Origin: an uncultured virus (IMG/VR IMGVR_UViG_3300034106_003629) | Taxonomy: Duplodnaviria; Heunggongvirae; Uroviricota; Caudoviricetes | IMG/VR virus record: IMGVR_UViG_3300034106_003629 | Length of the DNA: 20,000 nucleotides | Strand: one strand, 5' to 3' | Shown: one piece after another, positions 1 to 7,412 of the stretch | Layout of the letters: each line of letters begins with the position of its first letter | Numbering within the stretch: position 1 is the stretch's first letter | The notes under the pieces: generated by a model | The model's database searches: none | Seen by the model: only the letters and a program-made list of their open reading frames with translations | Told to the model about the DNA's origin: nothing | Program-made: the position numbers and the translations under genes

Positions 1-510
1 TCCATAGGATTCTCGATAATTCTTTGTAATCCAATATCCATATAATTTTGCTACCCCATAAGGAGAACGTGGATAAAAGGGAGTAGTTTCTTTTTGAGGA
101 ACCTCTTGCACTAATCCATAAAGTTCACTTGTAGATGCTTGATAAACTCTACAAGTTTTTTCCATTCCCAAAATTCTTACCGCTTCAAGAATTCTAAGAG
201 TTCCCAATCCATCAACATTACCAGTATACTCAGGCATCTCAAACGATACTTTTACATGACTTTGTGCCGCGAGATTATAAATCTCATCAGGTTTAGTTTG
301 TTGGAGAATGTGAATAATATTTGCAGAATCGGTCAAATCCCCATAATGTAACTTGAGATGTGGGTGATTAAAAATATGATCAATCCTATGTGTATTAATA
401 AGGGATGCTCTACGAATTATTCCATGAACCATGTATCCCTTTTCAATCAATAATTCAGCAAGATAAGAACCATCTTGCCCCGTGATTCCTGTAATTAAAG
501 CAGTCTTCAT
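1..510 (-). CDS. gmd: GDP-mannose 4,6-dehydratase (5' part; runs off the window's left edge)
   Basis: Manual translation from ATG at 510: [46 protein letters not shown]..., later [14 protein letters not shown] and [11 protein letters not shown]; hallmark Gmd motifs. Missing from the ORF track because it is truncated. Confidence 0.96.
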   Translation of the reverse strand, partial: MKTALITGITGQDGSYLAELLIEKGYMVHGIIRRASLINTHRIDHIFNHPHLKLHYGDLTDSANIIHILQQTKPDEIYNLAAQSHVKVSFEMPEYTGNVDGLGTLRILEAVRILGMEKTCRVYQASTSELYGLVQEVPQKETTPFYPRSPYGVAKLYGYWITKNYRESYG

Positions 511-532
511 AGTAAGTGTATATTCACCAAAA

Positions 533-561
533 ATTATAGCACCTCCAAACAAAAACATCAA
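533..561 (-). promoter_or_regulatory. sigma70-type promoter for gmd
   Basis: Minus strand TTGATG-N17-TATAAT with TG extended -10 (TGC-TATAAT). Confidence 0.6.
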
Positions 562-563
562 TA

Positions 564-570
564 ATAAATA
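564..570 (+). promoter_or_regulatory. T4-like late promoter motif ATAAATA upstream of the ORF at 594
   Basis: ATAAATA ends 23 nt before the ATG; matches the gp55-type late consensus. Short AT-rich motif, so it could be chance. Confidence 0.45.
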
Positions 571-593
571 CTCTTACTGGACTCATTATCTTA

Positions 594-1232
594 ATGGAAA
601 AAACCGCTCAAATAAAAAAGCACGAAGGGAATTATTTCTACAAAGCATATAATTTTATGCCAGAAGAATCTCTTCCAGAACTATATTCCTCTGCGGTAAA
701 ATGGTTAGAGAATACTCGAAAGAGTACACTTGAAGAAGTATTTCCCCCAGAAGCATCTCAGAATTTATTGGGTAACGCGATACAAGAATCTTTCCTATCT
801 GAGCAAGTTTGGGTAAATTTTTATTCGGAAGCAAAAAAACATATTGCACAATATTGCAAAGTAACAGGAATCAATATACAAAATATTCGTTTACATTCTT
901 CTTGGATTACTAGACTGCACAATTTAGATTTTCCAAGTGTACACTCAAAAAATGAGTTGGAAAAAAGATTAGGGTTGCATAATACATTTGGAAATATGCA
1001 TTCCCATAAAACCAATCCTATAGGAATGGTTTATTATTTAAAAAACCCAGACCCAAAATATGGAACTATAGTAAAAATAACAAATAAAAAAATATTTAAT
1101 AATAACGGAGAAGAAAATACTATTATGATTTTTGACCCTAGACTATATCATACAGCATTATATCCACCAATTAAAGAAACTGAAGTTTATCCTAGAATTA
1201 CCATTGTAGTTGATTGTGAGTATATTGATTAA
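594..1232 (+). CDS. putative 2OG-Fe(II) oxygenase (2OG-FeII_Oxy_5-like)
   Basis: SWI...NMHSH..NPIGMVYYL...IMIFDPRLYHTA...RITIVVD: HxH, distal His and terminal Arg typical of this DSBH family. Confidence 0.75.
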   Translation: MEKTAQIKKHEGNYFYKAYNFMPEESLPELYSSAVKWLENTRKSTLEEVFPPEASQNLLGNAIQESFLSEQVWVNFYSEAKKHIAQYCKVTGINIQNIRLHSSWITRLHNLDFPSVHSKNELEKRLGLHNTFGNMHSHKTNPIGMVYYLKNPDPKYGTIVKITNKKIFNNNGEENTIMIFDPRLYHTALYPPIKETEVYPRITIVVDCEYID

Positions 1233-1882
1233 GGTAAAACCCAATCAGGAACTCCAAAGGGAATATTAATATACCAATCAAATACAATATTATATTTTAT
1301 AAAATCACTATTAATTAAAAATTTATTTGAACATGGATATGAACCACCATTAAAAATAACCAACGAATTCTGTTCTCCAGGAATAGATTTAATTTTATTT
1401 CCTATTTTTATATCCGTTCCCATATGTACATTATCATTTCTTAGATAATATACAGTTCTTATCATATGTTTTTTAAGCCAGTCGTCATCAACGAGTCCAA
1501 AATCATCCTGAAAAATTGAAGATTCAAAATTAATTACACTAAATATGCTATTTGGTTTTGTTGCTGATCTTTCTCCCCAACAAGAATGGGGAACAATTAA
1601 AGATTCATCAACACCAACAACTTTAAAATATTCCAGTACATGATGTTTTACTCTAAGACAAAATATATTCCAACATCTCTCATCATAGGGAAAATAAGAA
1701 CTTGATGATAATGCCAATCCATGGCAGTCAATAATACATTTTGTTACTTCTATTGCATCTGCATGTAGTAAATTATATTTAAAATGTTTATCAGAACTTA
1801 CTTTTAATTCATTCTGCAAATCATCAGAAAAAACATTTTTAACTACATGTACATAATCAGATTTAATAATATTTTTTTCCAT
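1229..1882 (-). CDS. 2OG-Fe(II) oxygenase-fold paralog of 594..1232 lacking metal-binding His residues
   Basis: Colinear similarity by eye (HSCW/HSSW, VYYLRN/VYYLKN, GTDIKI/GTIVKI, GEQNSLVIF/GEENTIMIF) but no HxH or distal His. Confidence 0.65.
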   Translation of the reverse strand: MEKNIIKSDYVHVVKNVFSDDLQNELKVSSDKHFKYNLLHADAIEVTKCIIDCHGLALSSSSYFPYDERCWNIFCLRVKHHVLEYFKVVGVDESLIVPHSCWGERSATKPNSIFSVINFESSIFQDDFGLVDDDWLKKHMIRTVYYLRNDNVHMGTDIKIGNKIKSIPGEQNSLVIFNGGSYPCSNKFLINSDFIKYNIVFDWYINIPFGVPDWVLP

Positions 1883-2678
1883 AATTTGGAGAATGTAATG
1901 GTGTCTTTTTCGTAAATTTATTTGCCTTTTTAGGGCACATTGTACAAACTGGTTCCGCAGTTCTTGTGAAAAATTCTAGAATATCTATCTCAGAACTAGT
2001 TGGTAACAATGGGTTATACTTTAAATAAGGATCCCATTTTGATGATAGATTATTCCCAAATTTTTTCTTTTGTAGTGGTAAGTAAGCAAGCGCCGCACAT
2101 TTATATATTTTACCATCCAATAATTGAAAGTTTTCTTGTCCTCCTGGACAATTATTCCAACTCTCAATATAATCATCACTGCAAATTGGTTCAATAGAAC
2201 ACCCATATCCAGTATATGTTCTTAACCAATAAGTAGATGCATCATGTATTTTATAATTTACTCCAGATGACTTAATTTTTTGAATCGCAATATCAAATAA
2301 TCTGATGTAATTATGGTCCTGCGAATGTTTAGTTATAGTCAAAATACAATTTGTATCAATCAGTGCTTTTGATAGTCCATCAATTCTATCAAATAGCAAT
2401 CCATTCGATACTAATTCAAATTCTTGGTCATCTTGTATATTCCAAATCTCTTTTGTCATGTAAATAATATCAACGATCTCCTTATTGAGAAGAGGTTCTC
2501 CACCTAACATTGACAATTCTTTTGGATAAATTTTTTTATTCCAACACAAATACCACTCTTTTAGAGTGGTAAGTGAAATATTTTCTTTGTACCCATCATT
2601 AGTATAATGACCACATCCCTCACAAGTAAAATTGCAAGAATGGGTAACATGCCACTCTAAGTGGGGGATTTTAATCAT
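1863..2678 (-). CDS. radical SAM enzyme with C-terminal Cys cluster (SPASM/twitch-like)
   Basis: CNFTCEGC (CxxxCxxC), LGGEPLL, VSNGLL; C-terminal NNC...GKIYKC...CTMCP. Confidence 0.92.
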   Translation of the reverse strand: MIKIPHLEWHVTHSCNFTCEGCGHYTNDGYKENISLTTLKEWYLCWNKKIYPKELSMLGGEPLLNKEIVDIIYMTKEIWNIQDDQEFELVSNGLLFDRIDGLSKALIDTNCILTITKHSQDHNYIRLFDIAIQKIKSSGVNYKIHDASTYWLRTYTGYGCSIEPICSDDYIESWNNCPGGQENFQLLDGKIYKCAALAYLPLQKKKFGNNLSSKWDPYLKYNPLLPTSSEIDILEFFTRTAEPVCTMCPKKANKFTKKTPLHSPNYGKKYY

Positions 2679-3289
2679 TGGGCATCAATACTAGATACAT
2701 CTCTTTCAGGAGAGAAAGTTCTCATTCCAATATTACCAGCATACCACCCAGTTGCAATATACTTATTAACTGGTGTGGGATTACCCCTATGCAGATGAGT
2801 AAAAGATCCAGGCCAAATTGCAACTCTACCTAATTTTGGCTTTACTTTTACCCCCTGATATAAAAATTCAGTTTCTCCACCATCTTCAATATCATTAAAG
2901 TACACTGTCCAAGCAAGAGTTCTTTCTTTTGTTATCCATGTTGTATTTTCTGCATGGAAAGAATGATAACCACCACGCCTTGGTTCCGTTTTTTGAAGAA
3001 GAACTGTACAACTATGGTAACTAAATTGTTTTAAATAAGGGTATGAATCAATATATTGATTCATACAGAAGTCAATTCCTCCCATCAAATAGTTTGCCTC
3101 AGATGGAGAAAATGCACTAAGGCATACTTGCTTATCTGTAACAAAACTATAATTTCTAGAATTAATGAATGAAGTATTATCAATATAATTAATAATAAAA
3201 TCACAGAATTCTTGATCAAATACATTATCCCAAACACCAATAAAGTTATCTAAAACTGAATTAGTTGGTGTAGATTTTTTGTTTTCCAT
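2675..3289 (-). CDS. 2OG-Fe(II) oxygenase (prolyl 4-hydroxylase-like)
   Basis: YHSFHAE, YFNDIEDGGETEF, THLHRGNP, KYIATGW. Start moved to the ATG at 3289 (MENKK), because the longer GTG start lies in the structured RNA. Confidence 0.9.
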   Translation of the reverse strand: MENKKSTPTNSVLDNFIGVWDNVFDQEFCDFIINYIDNTSFINSRNYSFVTDKQVCLSAFSPSEANYLMGGIDFCMNQYIDSYPYLKQFSYHSCTVLLQKTEPRRGGYHSFHAENTTWITKERTLAWTVYFNDIEDGGETEFLYQGVKVKPKLGRVAIWPGSFTHLHRGNPTPVNKYIATGWYAGNIGMRTFSPERDVSSIDAQ

Positions 3290-3304
3290 AAAAACCAAAG
3301 AAGG

Positions 3305-3703
3305 ACGCGCCACCTAGTTTTGACTGAACTAGGAAACAGGCGGGAGAGATTCCCATCCGCACCAGTCGGCATATTTAAAGTCCATCCGACGAGGACATAA
3401 GGGGTCAGATTGACTCCACCACTTAGTTTTAAGAAACTAAGAAAAGTTGGGTTAACTTTGATATTTCGGAGATACCAAAGAATGCACATAAAAACAGCAC
3501 ATCCCAAAGTTTAAGTTTGATAGCAAAAGGAATTGTGAGAAGACCTCCAATAACTTTAATCATCAAACCATATTTAAATTCTCCCCATAACATAGTTTGA
3601 TAACCAATTATAAGAAGAATGTTTCCAATCCACCGAAGTAAATCAGATTTAGACATAAGGGGTTGCTCCCGACCAGGGCACTTTTATAGTCATTCCGAGA
3701 CTA
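3305..3703 (-). ncRNA. manA/wcaG-like cyanophage structured RNA (tandem pseudoknot/hairpin modules), interrupted by ORF 3429..3656
   Basis: GC-rich modules TAGTC/GACTA, CTTAGTTT/AAACTAAG, GTCC/GGAC+GTCGG/CCGAC and CTG/CAG+CCTAGTT/AACTAGG, each followed by TGG, plus GGTGCGGATGGG...CCCGCC. Family assignment is from recollection of cyanophage manA/wcaG motifs, not a search. Confidence 0.55.
3429..3656 (-). CDS. small multi-pass membrane protein (75 aa)
   Basis: ATG start and three hydrophobic segments (WIGNILLIIGY, LMIKVIGGLLTIPFAI, WDVLFLCAFFGI). Confidence 0.7.
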   Translation of the reverse strand: MSKSDLLRWIGNILLIIGYQTMLWGEFKYGLMIKVIGGLLTIPFAIKLKLWDVLFLCAFFGISEISKLTQLFLVS

Positions 3704-3916
3704 GGCAACTTCAATTTGCTCAAGATCTTGAACCAGACAATCAATGAGAATATCATAATCATCTAGAGGATCTCCAGAAAAGACTACACCTTCATTTTCA
3801 TAATAACGACGGACTTTTTTAAAGAGTTTTGGGTTTTTTACATCTAGGTAAAAATCACCGTTTGCAGCACCACGAAGAGTTTGCACATCTTTTTTAAATT
3901 TTTCTGTGAGAGTCAT
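3701..3916 (-). CDS. conserved cyanophage-type hypothetical protein (71 aa)
   Basis: MTLTEKFKKDVQTLRGAANGDFYLDVKNPKLFKKVRRYYENEGVVFSGDPLDDY. Start set at the ATG at 3916, downstream of a promoter; the longer track ORF overlaps a tRNA. Confidence 0.8.
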   Translation of the reverse strand: MTLTEKFKKDVQTLRGAANGDFYLDVKNPKLFKKVRRYYENEGVVFSGDPLDDYDILIDCLVQDLEQIEVA

Positions 3917-3938
3917 TGCTTTGAATGTTGACCTTAAT

Positions 3939-3967
3939 AGTATAAGGGTTTGACAGTTATCTGTCAA
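3939..3967 (-). promoter_or_regulatory. sigma70-type early promoter with palindrome over -35
   Basis: TTGACA-N17-TATACT; TTGACAG-ATAA-CTGTCAA inverted repeat. Confidence 0.75.
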
Positions 3968-3968
3968 G

Positions 3969-4041
3969 TGCTCCTTGCGTGGATCGAACACGCCTCAGGC
4001 GAATTATGAGTTCGCTGCATTCACCAGATTGCTAAAGGAGC
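3969..4041 (-). tRNA. tRNA with CAT anticodon (elongator Met or Ile2)
   Basis: Cloverleaf GCTCCTT/AAGGAGC, anticodon loop CTCATAA, T-loop GTTCGATCC. G1-C72 is paired, so it is not an initiator. Confidence 0.92.
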
Positions 4042-4044
4042 AAG

Positions 4045-4172
4045 TGGGGATAGTCGAACTTCACCCAATTTGGGCAAAGTCCTCGGACCCTGCCCAACCA
4101 TCCCCATACGACGCTACGGAAGATATCCGTAGTAGAAGTTGGCGTCTACTTAGTTAATCGCTAAGGACTACC
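4045..4172 (-). ncRNA. candidate structured RNA(s) between tRNA-Ile and tRNA-CAT
   Basis: TAGTC/GATTA+CTTAG/CTAAG pseudoknot; GACGC/GCGTC enclosing CTACGGA/TCCGTAG; 9-bp TGGGGATGG/CTATCCCCA enclosing a 12-bp hairpin. G-U pairs fit the minus strand. Confidence 0.5.
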
Positions 4173-4174
4173 AA

Positions 4175-4246
4175 TAGGACTGCTGAGAATTGAACTCAGT
4201 TCACACCGTTATAAGCAGTGGGCCTTAACCAATAGGCGACAGTCCC
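4175..4246 (-). tRNA. tRNA-Ile(TAT)
   Basis: GGGACTG/CAGTCCT acceptor, anticodon loop CTTATAA, T-loop GTTCAATTC. Confidence 0.92.
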
Positions 4247-4250
4247 TCGA

Positions 4251-4748
4251 TTAAAAATAGTTAACTATTACAATAGATCTAAAAAAAGAATCCGTGCAAG
4301 TTGTACTACAATGATTTTTACTTGGATCAAAGAATAGTGCTCTATTCTCTATTGATTCTACTTTAGTTCCATCTTCCAAAATAGTAAATCCATTATTAGT
4401 ATTCAAATAAACTATCAATCCAAAATGTTCATATGGATAATCTATATGCATCCCATGCTGGACAATTTTATTTGTTTTTGGATAGACATTTGCTCTTGCT
4501 CTAATAATTGCTTTTGGATTTATTTTTTCAAAGATTGGGTTTAAAGATCCAAAGTATTGACTAGAAATATTGTAGTCTGTATAAAACGTGTGGGTAAAAT
4601 AAATTCCTTCATCATTGTAAGTATTCTTTGTTGATATTCCATGATTTAAAAACCAAGGAATTGTATTATTTCCCACAATTGTTTTTTTAAAATGTTCAAA
4701 AATTGATGGTTCAATAAAGTTATCAATAATTTTTGTTGACTGGTCCAT
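4251..4748 (-). CDS. 2OG-Fe(II) oxygenase family protein
   Basis: HGMHIDY (HxD), YLNTNNGFT, HCSTTCT, RSIVIVNYF; likely start MDQSTK at 4748. Confidence 0.82.
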   Translation of the reverse strand: MDQSTKIIDNFIEPSIFEHFKKTIVGNNTIPWFLNHGISTKNTYNDEGIYFTHTFYTDYNISSQYFGSLNPIFEKINPKAIIRARANVYPKTNKIVQHGMHIDYPYEHFGLIVYLNTNNGFTILEDGTKVESIENRALFFDPSKNHCSTTCTDSFFRSIVIVNYF

Positions 4749-4771
4749 AGTAACAGATGGTCTTATGGTTG

Positions 4772-4969
4772 TCAAGGTGCTTCGTTGTGGTCAGTGTATA
4801 TTCGTATCAATTCTTCATCTGCTGGCATGAGCACTGCTTCACCATACTCACTAGTGATGATAAAAGACTTCATTTCCTTTTCAACCAAATTCATTAAGTT
4901 ATCAAAATCTGCTTGAAACTCTTCCACAGTATACCTCTTTAAACTACCAAGTTCCTTTTCGATACTCAT
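4772..4969 (-). CDS. Phd/YefM-like small protein
   Basis: YTVEEFQADFDNLMNLVE...SFIITSEYGEAVLMP resembles the Phd/YefM N-terminal pattern; start taken at MSIEKE. Confidence 0.55.
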   Translation of the reverse strand: MSIEKELGSLKRYTVEEFQADFDNLMNLVEKEMKSFIITSEYGEAVLMPADEELIRIYTDHNEAP

Positions 4970-5627
4970 CATCAACCTCCGCAGGACAAAGATATTGTAC
5001 TTTATTATTTTTATATGGGATATAATCCCAATTTTCTGGTCTCCAATGAAAGTACATGTTCCTATAATAATCTCCTTGAAATGGAGTATATCTAGAGTGA
5101 ACACATAGACTCTCATATAATAACATGTCACCAGGTTCAAAAACAACCTTGTGTCTAACACCATCATGATCCCAAAAATCTAAAGGCCAATTTGTATTTT
5201 TGGGTTGCTCGTCAATAAAAATTATACAACTAATAATATGAGTTTTTATTTCATCTCGGTGTAAACATAATATTGAGTCTTTTGGATAACTTCTTATTCC
5301 ATAACCCGTGCTATATTTTAATTTTTGATGAGACCATTCTTCCAATATTGGTTGAAGAATATCCGCCCATTCTTTTAATTTTTCTGTGGGAATATGGTTT
5401 ATATGGGTATAAGGATTTTTAATTCTTTTAGGGTCACCTAAAGGATTTCTAAATGCTATCGAACCAGCCGTAATGTGTTCTCCGTATTTAGGATCATAAT
5501 GAGAATTGGTAGAATCTTCTTTTTGTGAGAAGTCGCAAGTATTATAAAAATTCAATATTTCAGAATATAAATTCTCTGGAACCCTGACCAGTTTAAACGG
5601 ATTATCTGCAAAACTTGGCCACTTCAT
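4944..5627 (-). CDS. 2OG-Fe(II) oxygenase family protein
   Basis: GIRSY...LCLHRD (HxD), EPGDMLLYES.CVHSR, YYRNMYFHW; the ATG at 5627 overlaps the upstream TGA (ATGA coupling). Confidence 0.85.
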   Translation of the reverse strand: MKWPSFADNPFKLVRVPENLYSEILNFYNTCDFSQKEDSTNSHYDPKYGEHITAGSIAFRNPLGDPKRIKNPYTHINHIPTEKLKEWADILQPILEEWSHQKLKYSTGYGIRSYPKDSILCLHRDEIKTHIISCIIFIDEQPKNTNWPLDFWDHDGVRHKVVFEPGDMLLYESLCVHSRYTPFQGDYYRNMYFHWRPENWDYIPYKNNKVQYLCPAEVDDEYRKGTW

Positions 5628-6235
5628 TTTAATTTGGGACCATACATCCAAGTAACCAAAGATACTCTTCTTCCTCTTGTTACTGGAGTAACTCTATGAG
5701 GAATTCTTGAATCAAATACAATAACAGATCCTTTTTCTTTTGGTGCCTGTATAATATTGCCATGATAGTCTATGAATTCTAAGTCACCACCATCATATTC
5801 AGAAGGGTCACTAACTAAAACACTTGCACTAAGTTTTCTAGTCCACTTCCCATTTTTTGAAGTTCCATAATCACTATGCCAACCATAGTGTCCATTTTCA
5901 AGATATACTGAGATTTGTATACTTTCAAGTAAATTCAAATCATATTCCCAATACTTTCTATTAGATAAACCAATATAATAAGAAATTACACTACATGCCC
6001 AATGGTCTTCAAACCACCAATTGATTTTAGAATTTCTAATTTTTGGGTCTATCCGACCATTATCCTCACCACCAACACCAGCATCTTCAAATGGAACTTT
6101 AAATTCTTCCATCTCTTTCAATTCTTTGACCATAAGATCTACCAAATCTTCTGGAAGAACTTCTCTATGATAAACTAATGGAGAATCTGCAAGAACATGT
6201 GGTTCTTGACCGTTTATTTTAATACTTTTATCCAT
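5624..6235 (-). CDS. PKHD-type 2OG-Fe(II) oxygenase
   Basis: HYGWHSD, RKLSAS..SDPSEYDGGDLEF, VFDSRIPHRVTPVTRGRRVSLVTW. Confidence 0.93.
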   Translation of the reverse strand: MDKSIKINGQEPHVLADSPLVYHREVLPEDLVDLMVKELKEMEEFKVPFEDAGVGGEDNGRIDPKIRNSKINWWFEDHWACSVISYYIGLSNRKYWEYDLNLLESIQISVYLENGHYGWHSDYGTSKNGKWTRKLSASVLVSDPSEYDGGDLEFIDYHGNIIQAPKEKGSVIVFDSRIPHRVTPVTRGRRVSLVTWMYGPKLK

Positions 6236-6262
6236 GAATTAAAAGAACAAATATTGTCCAAG

Positions 6263-6337
6263 TCGGGGTGAAAGGATTTGAACCTTCGGCCCCTGCTTCC
6301 CAAAAGCAGTGCTCTATCCAAACTGAGCTACACCCCG
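6263..6337 (-). tRNA. tRNA-Pro(TGG)
   Basis: CGGGGTG/CACCCCG acceptor, loop TTTGGGA, T-loop GTTCAAATC. Confidence 0.95.
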
Positions 6338-6355
6338 TTGACTTGGTATGAGGAT

Positions 6356-6384
6356 ATTATACATCCTCATAATTTTGTTGTCAA
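6356..6384 (-). promoter_or_regulatory. consensus sigma70 promoter for tRNA-Pro
   Basis: TTGACA-N17-TATAAT perfect consensus. Confidence 0.85.
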
Positions 6385-6977
6385 GCGTTTAAGACTTCCT
6401 CTCTTATATATGAAGCAATCAATACCCCTCGACGAGTATCTGACTTATTATAAGCATAATGTTCTGATAATTTTTCATCAAATAAATTTAAGTCTCCATT
6501 TTTAAGAAGACGTTCTTCTCCATTAACAACCAATGCTGAAGGTCCATCGCTTGGAATATCTAAACTAAAATGATACTTTATTACACTTGAATGTAAAAAG
6601 TTATCATCAATTCTTTCATCTCCATCAGAATGGGGACTAATTTCAACTCCTGGTTCAAGAATAGAAAATACAGCAAGAACTGGTTTAATTGATTGACTAA
6701 GTAATATTCTTACTGTCTCAGACTGTTGTACTTGAAGAGGTGTCCTTAAAATTTGCTGTCTATTAAAAATTAATGGACACACTTTCCAGGGAAAATTTGG
6801 AGTGTATGTTGGAACAAACCCCAAAAAATTATTATCTAATGAAGTTAAATTGTATGTATGAGAATAATCTATAAAATAATTACAATCCCTAAATTCAATA
6901 TAATCACTTTTAATTTGAGAGTAATTAGATGTAAAAATAGAAGTTTGTATTTTACTCAATTTTGGTTCAATAAACAT
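6381..6977 (-). CDS. aspartyl/asparaginyl beta-hydroxylase-family oxygenase
   Basis: WKVCPL, FSILEPGVEISPHSD, YHFSLDIP, LFDE...HYAYNKSDTRRGVL. Confidence 0.88.
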   Translation of the reverse strand: MFIEPKLSKIQTSIFTSNYSQIKSDYIEFRDCNYFIDYSHTYNLTSLDNNFLGFVPTYTPNFPWKVCPLIFNRQQILRTPLQVQQSETVRILLSQSIKPVLAVFSILEPGVEISPHSDGDERIDDNFLHSSVIKYHFSLDIPSDGPSALVVNGEERLLKNGDLNLFDEKLSEHYAYNKSDTRRGVLIASYIREEVLNA

Positions 6978-7010
6978 TATTTAATATAATAATTTTTATT
7001 ATTTATGGGG

Positions 7011-7127
7011 TTATAACCCACTACCATTCCTAAACCCATACACGTATCCCACAATAAGACCACACATAAACACAATAAAAATCAAAACTTGTTTACCAAG
7101 AAACTCAATAAGTTCCTGCCATTCCAT
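7011..7127 (-). CDS. small membrane protein (38 aa)
   Basis: Manual translation MEWQELIEFLGKQVLIFIVFMCGLIVGYVYGFRNGSGL; below the ORF track cutoff. Confidence 0.55.
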   Translation of the reverse strand: MEWQELIEFLGKQVLIFIVFMCGLIVGYVYGFRNGSGL

Positions 7128-7236
7128 AGTCATCATCGTCCTCATAAGTTGATGGTTCTTCAAACAACTCAGACATCTTTTGTTGTTTAACTAGTTCTTG
7201 CAATTCCTTTAAATCTTCTTCTGTAAGCGATATCAT
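7105..7236 (-). CDS. small acidic protein (43 aa)
   Basis: MISLTEEDLKELQELVKQQKMSELFEEPSTYEDDDDYGMAGTY; ATGA coupling with the upstream ORF. Confidence 0.65.
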   Translation of the reverse strand: MISLTEEDLKELQELVKQQKMSELFEEPSTYEDDDDYGMAGTY

Positions 7237-7412
7237 TTGTCCTTGAGTAATTCTTCTATTCTTTTACGCATATTTGTGCTATCTTGTTTCAAATAGTCCC
7301 GAAGAGAATATCCTCGGTGACCCTTCATAATACAAGTGCCCTGATAAAACATCGTGGCAGCAAATACTAACAGAAAAACTATTCCAATTATTTCAAGGTG
7401 ATATTGAGCCAT
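7233..7412 (-). CDS. small membrane protein (59 aa)
   Basis: MAQYHLEIIGIVFLLVFAATMFYQGTCIMKGHRGYSLRDYLKQDSTNMRKRIEELLKDK. Confidence 0.6.
   Translation of the reverse strand: MAQYHLEIIGIVFLLVFAATMFYQGTCIMKGHRGYSLRDYLKQDSTNMRKRIEELLKDK

Noticed and set aside
139..351. 70-aa plus-strand ORF
   Set aside because: Antisense shadow of gmd.
3250..3507. 85-aa minus-strand ORF
   Set aside because: Runs through the structured RNA and overlaps two better ORFs out of frame.
3975..4157. 60-aa plus-strand ORF
   Set aside because: Antisense to a tRNA and the structured spacer.
4107..4174. HDV-like (theta) ribozyme at a tRNA 3' end
   Set aside because: The position is suggestive, but I could not build the nested double pseudoknot (P1/P1.1/P2/P3) or place the catalytic C; kept only as a generic structured RNA.
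4970..5167. N-terminal extension of the 131-aa track ORF
   Set aside because: Overlaps the oxygenase in another frame; the Phd-like region begins near 4969.
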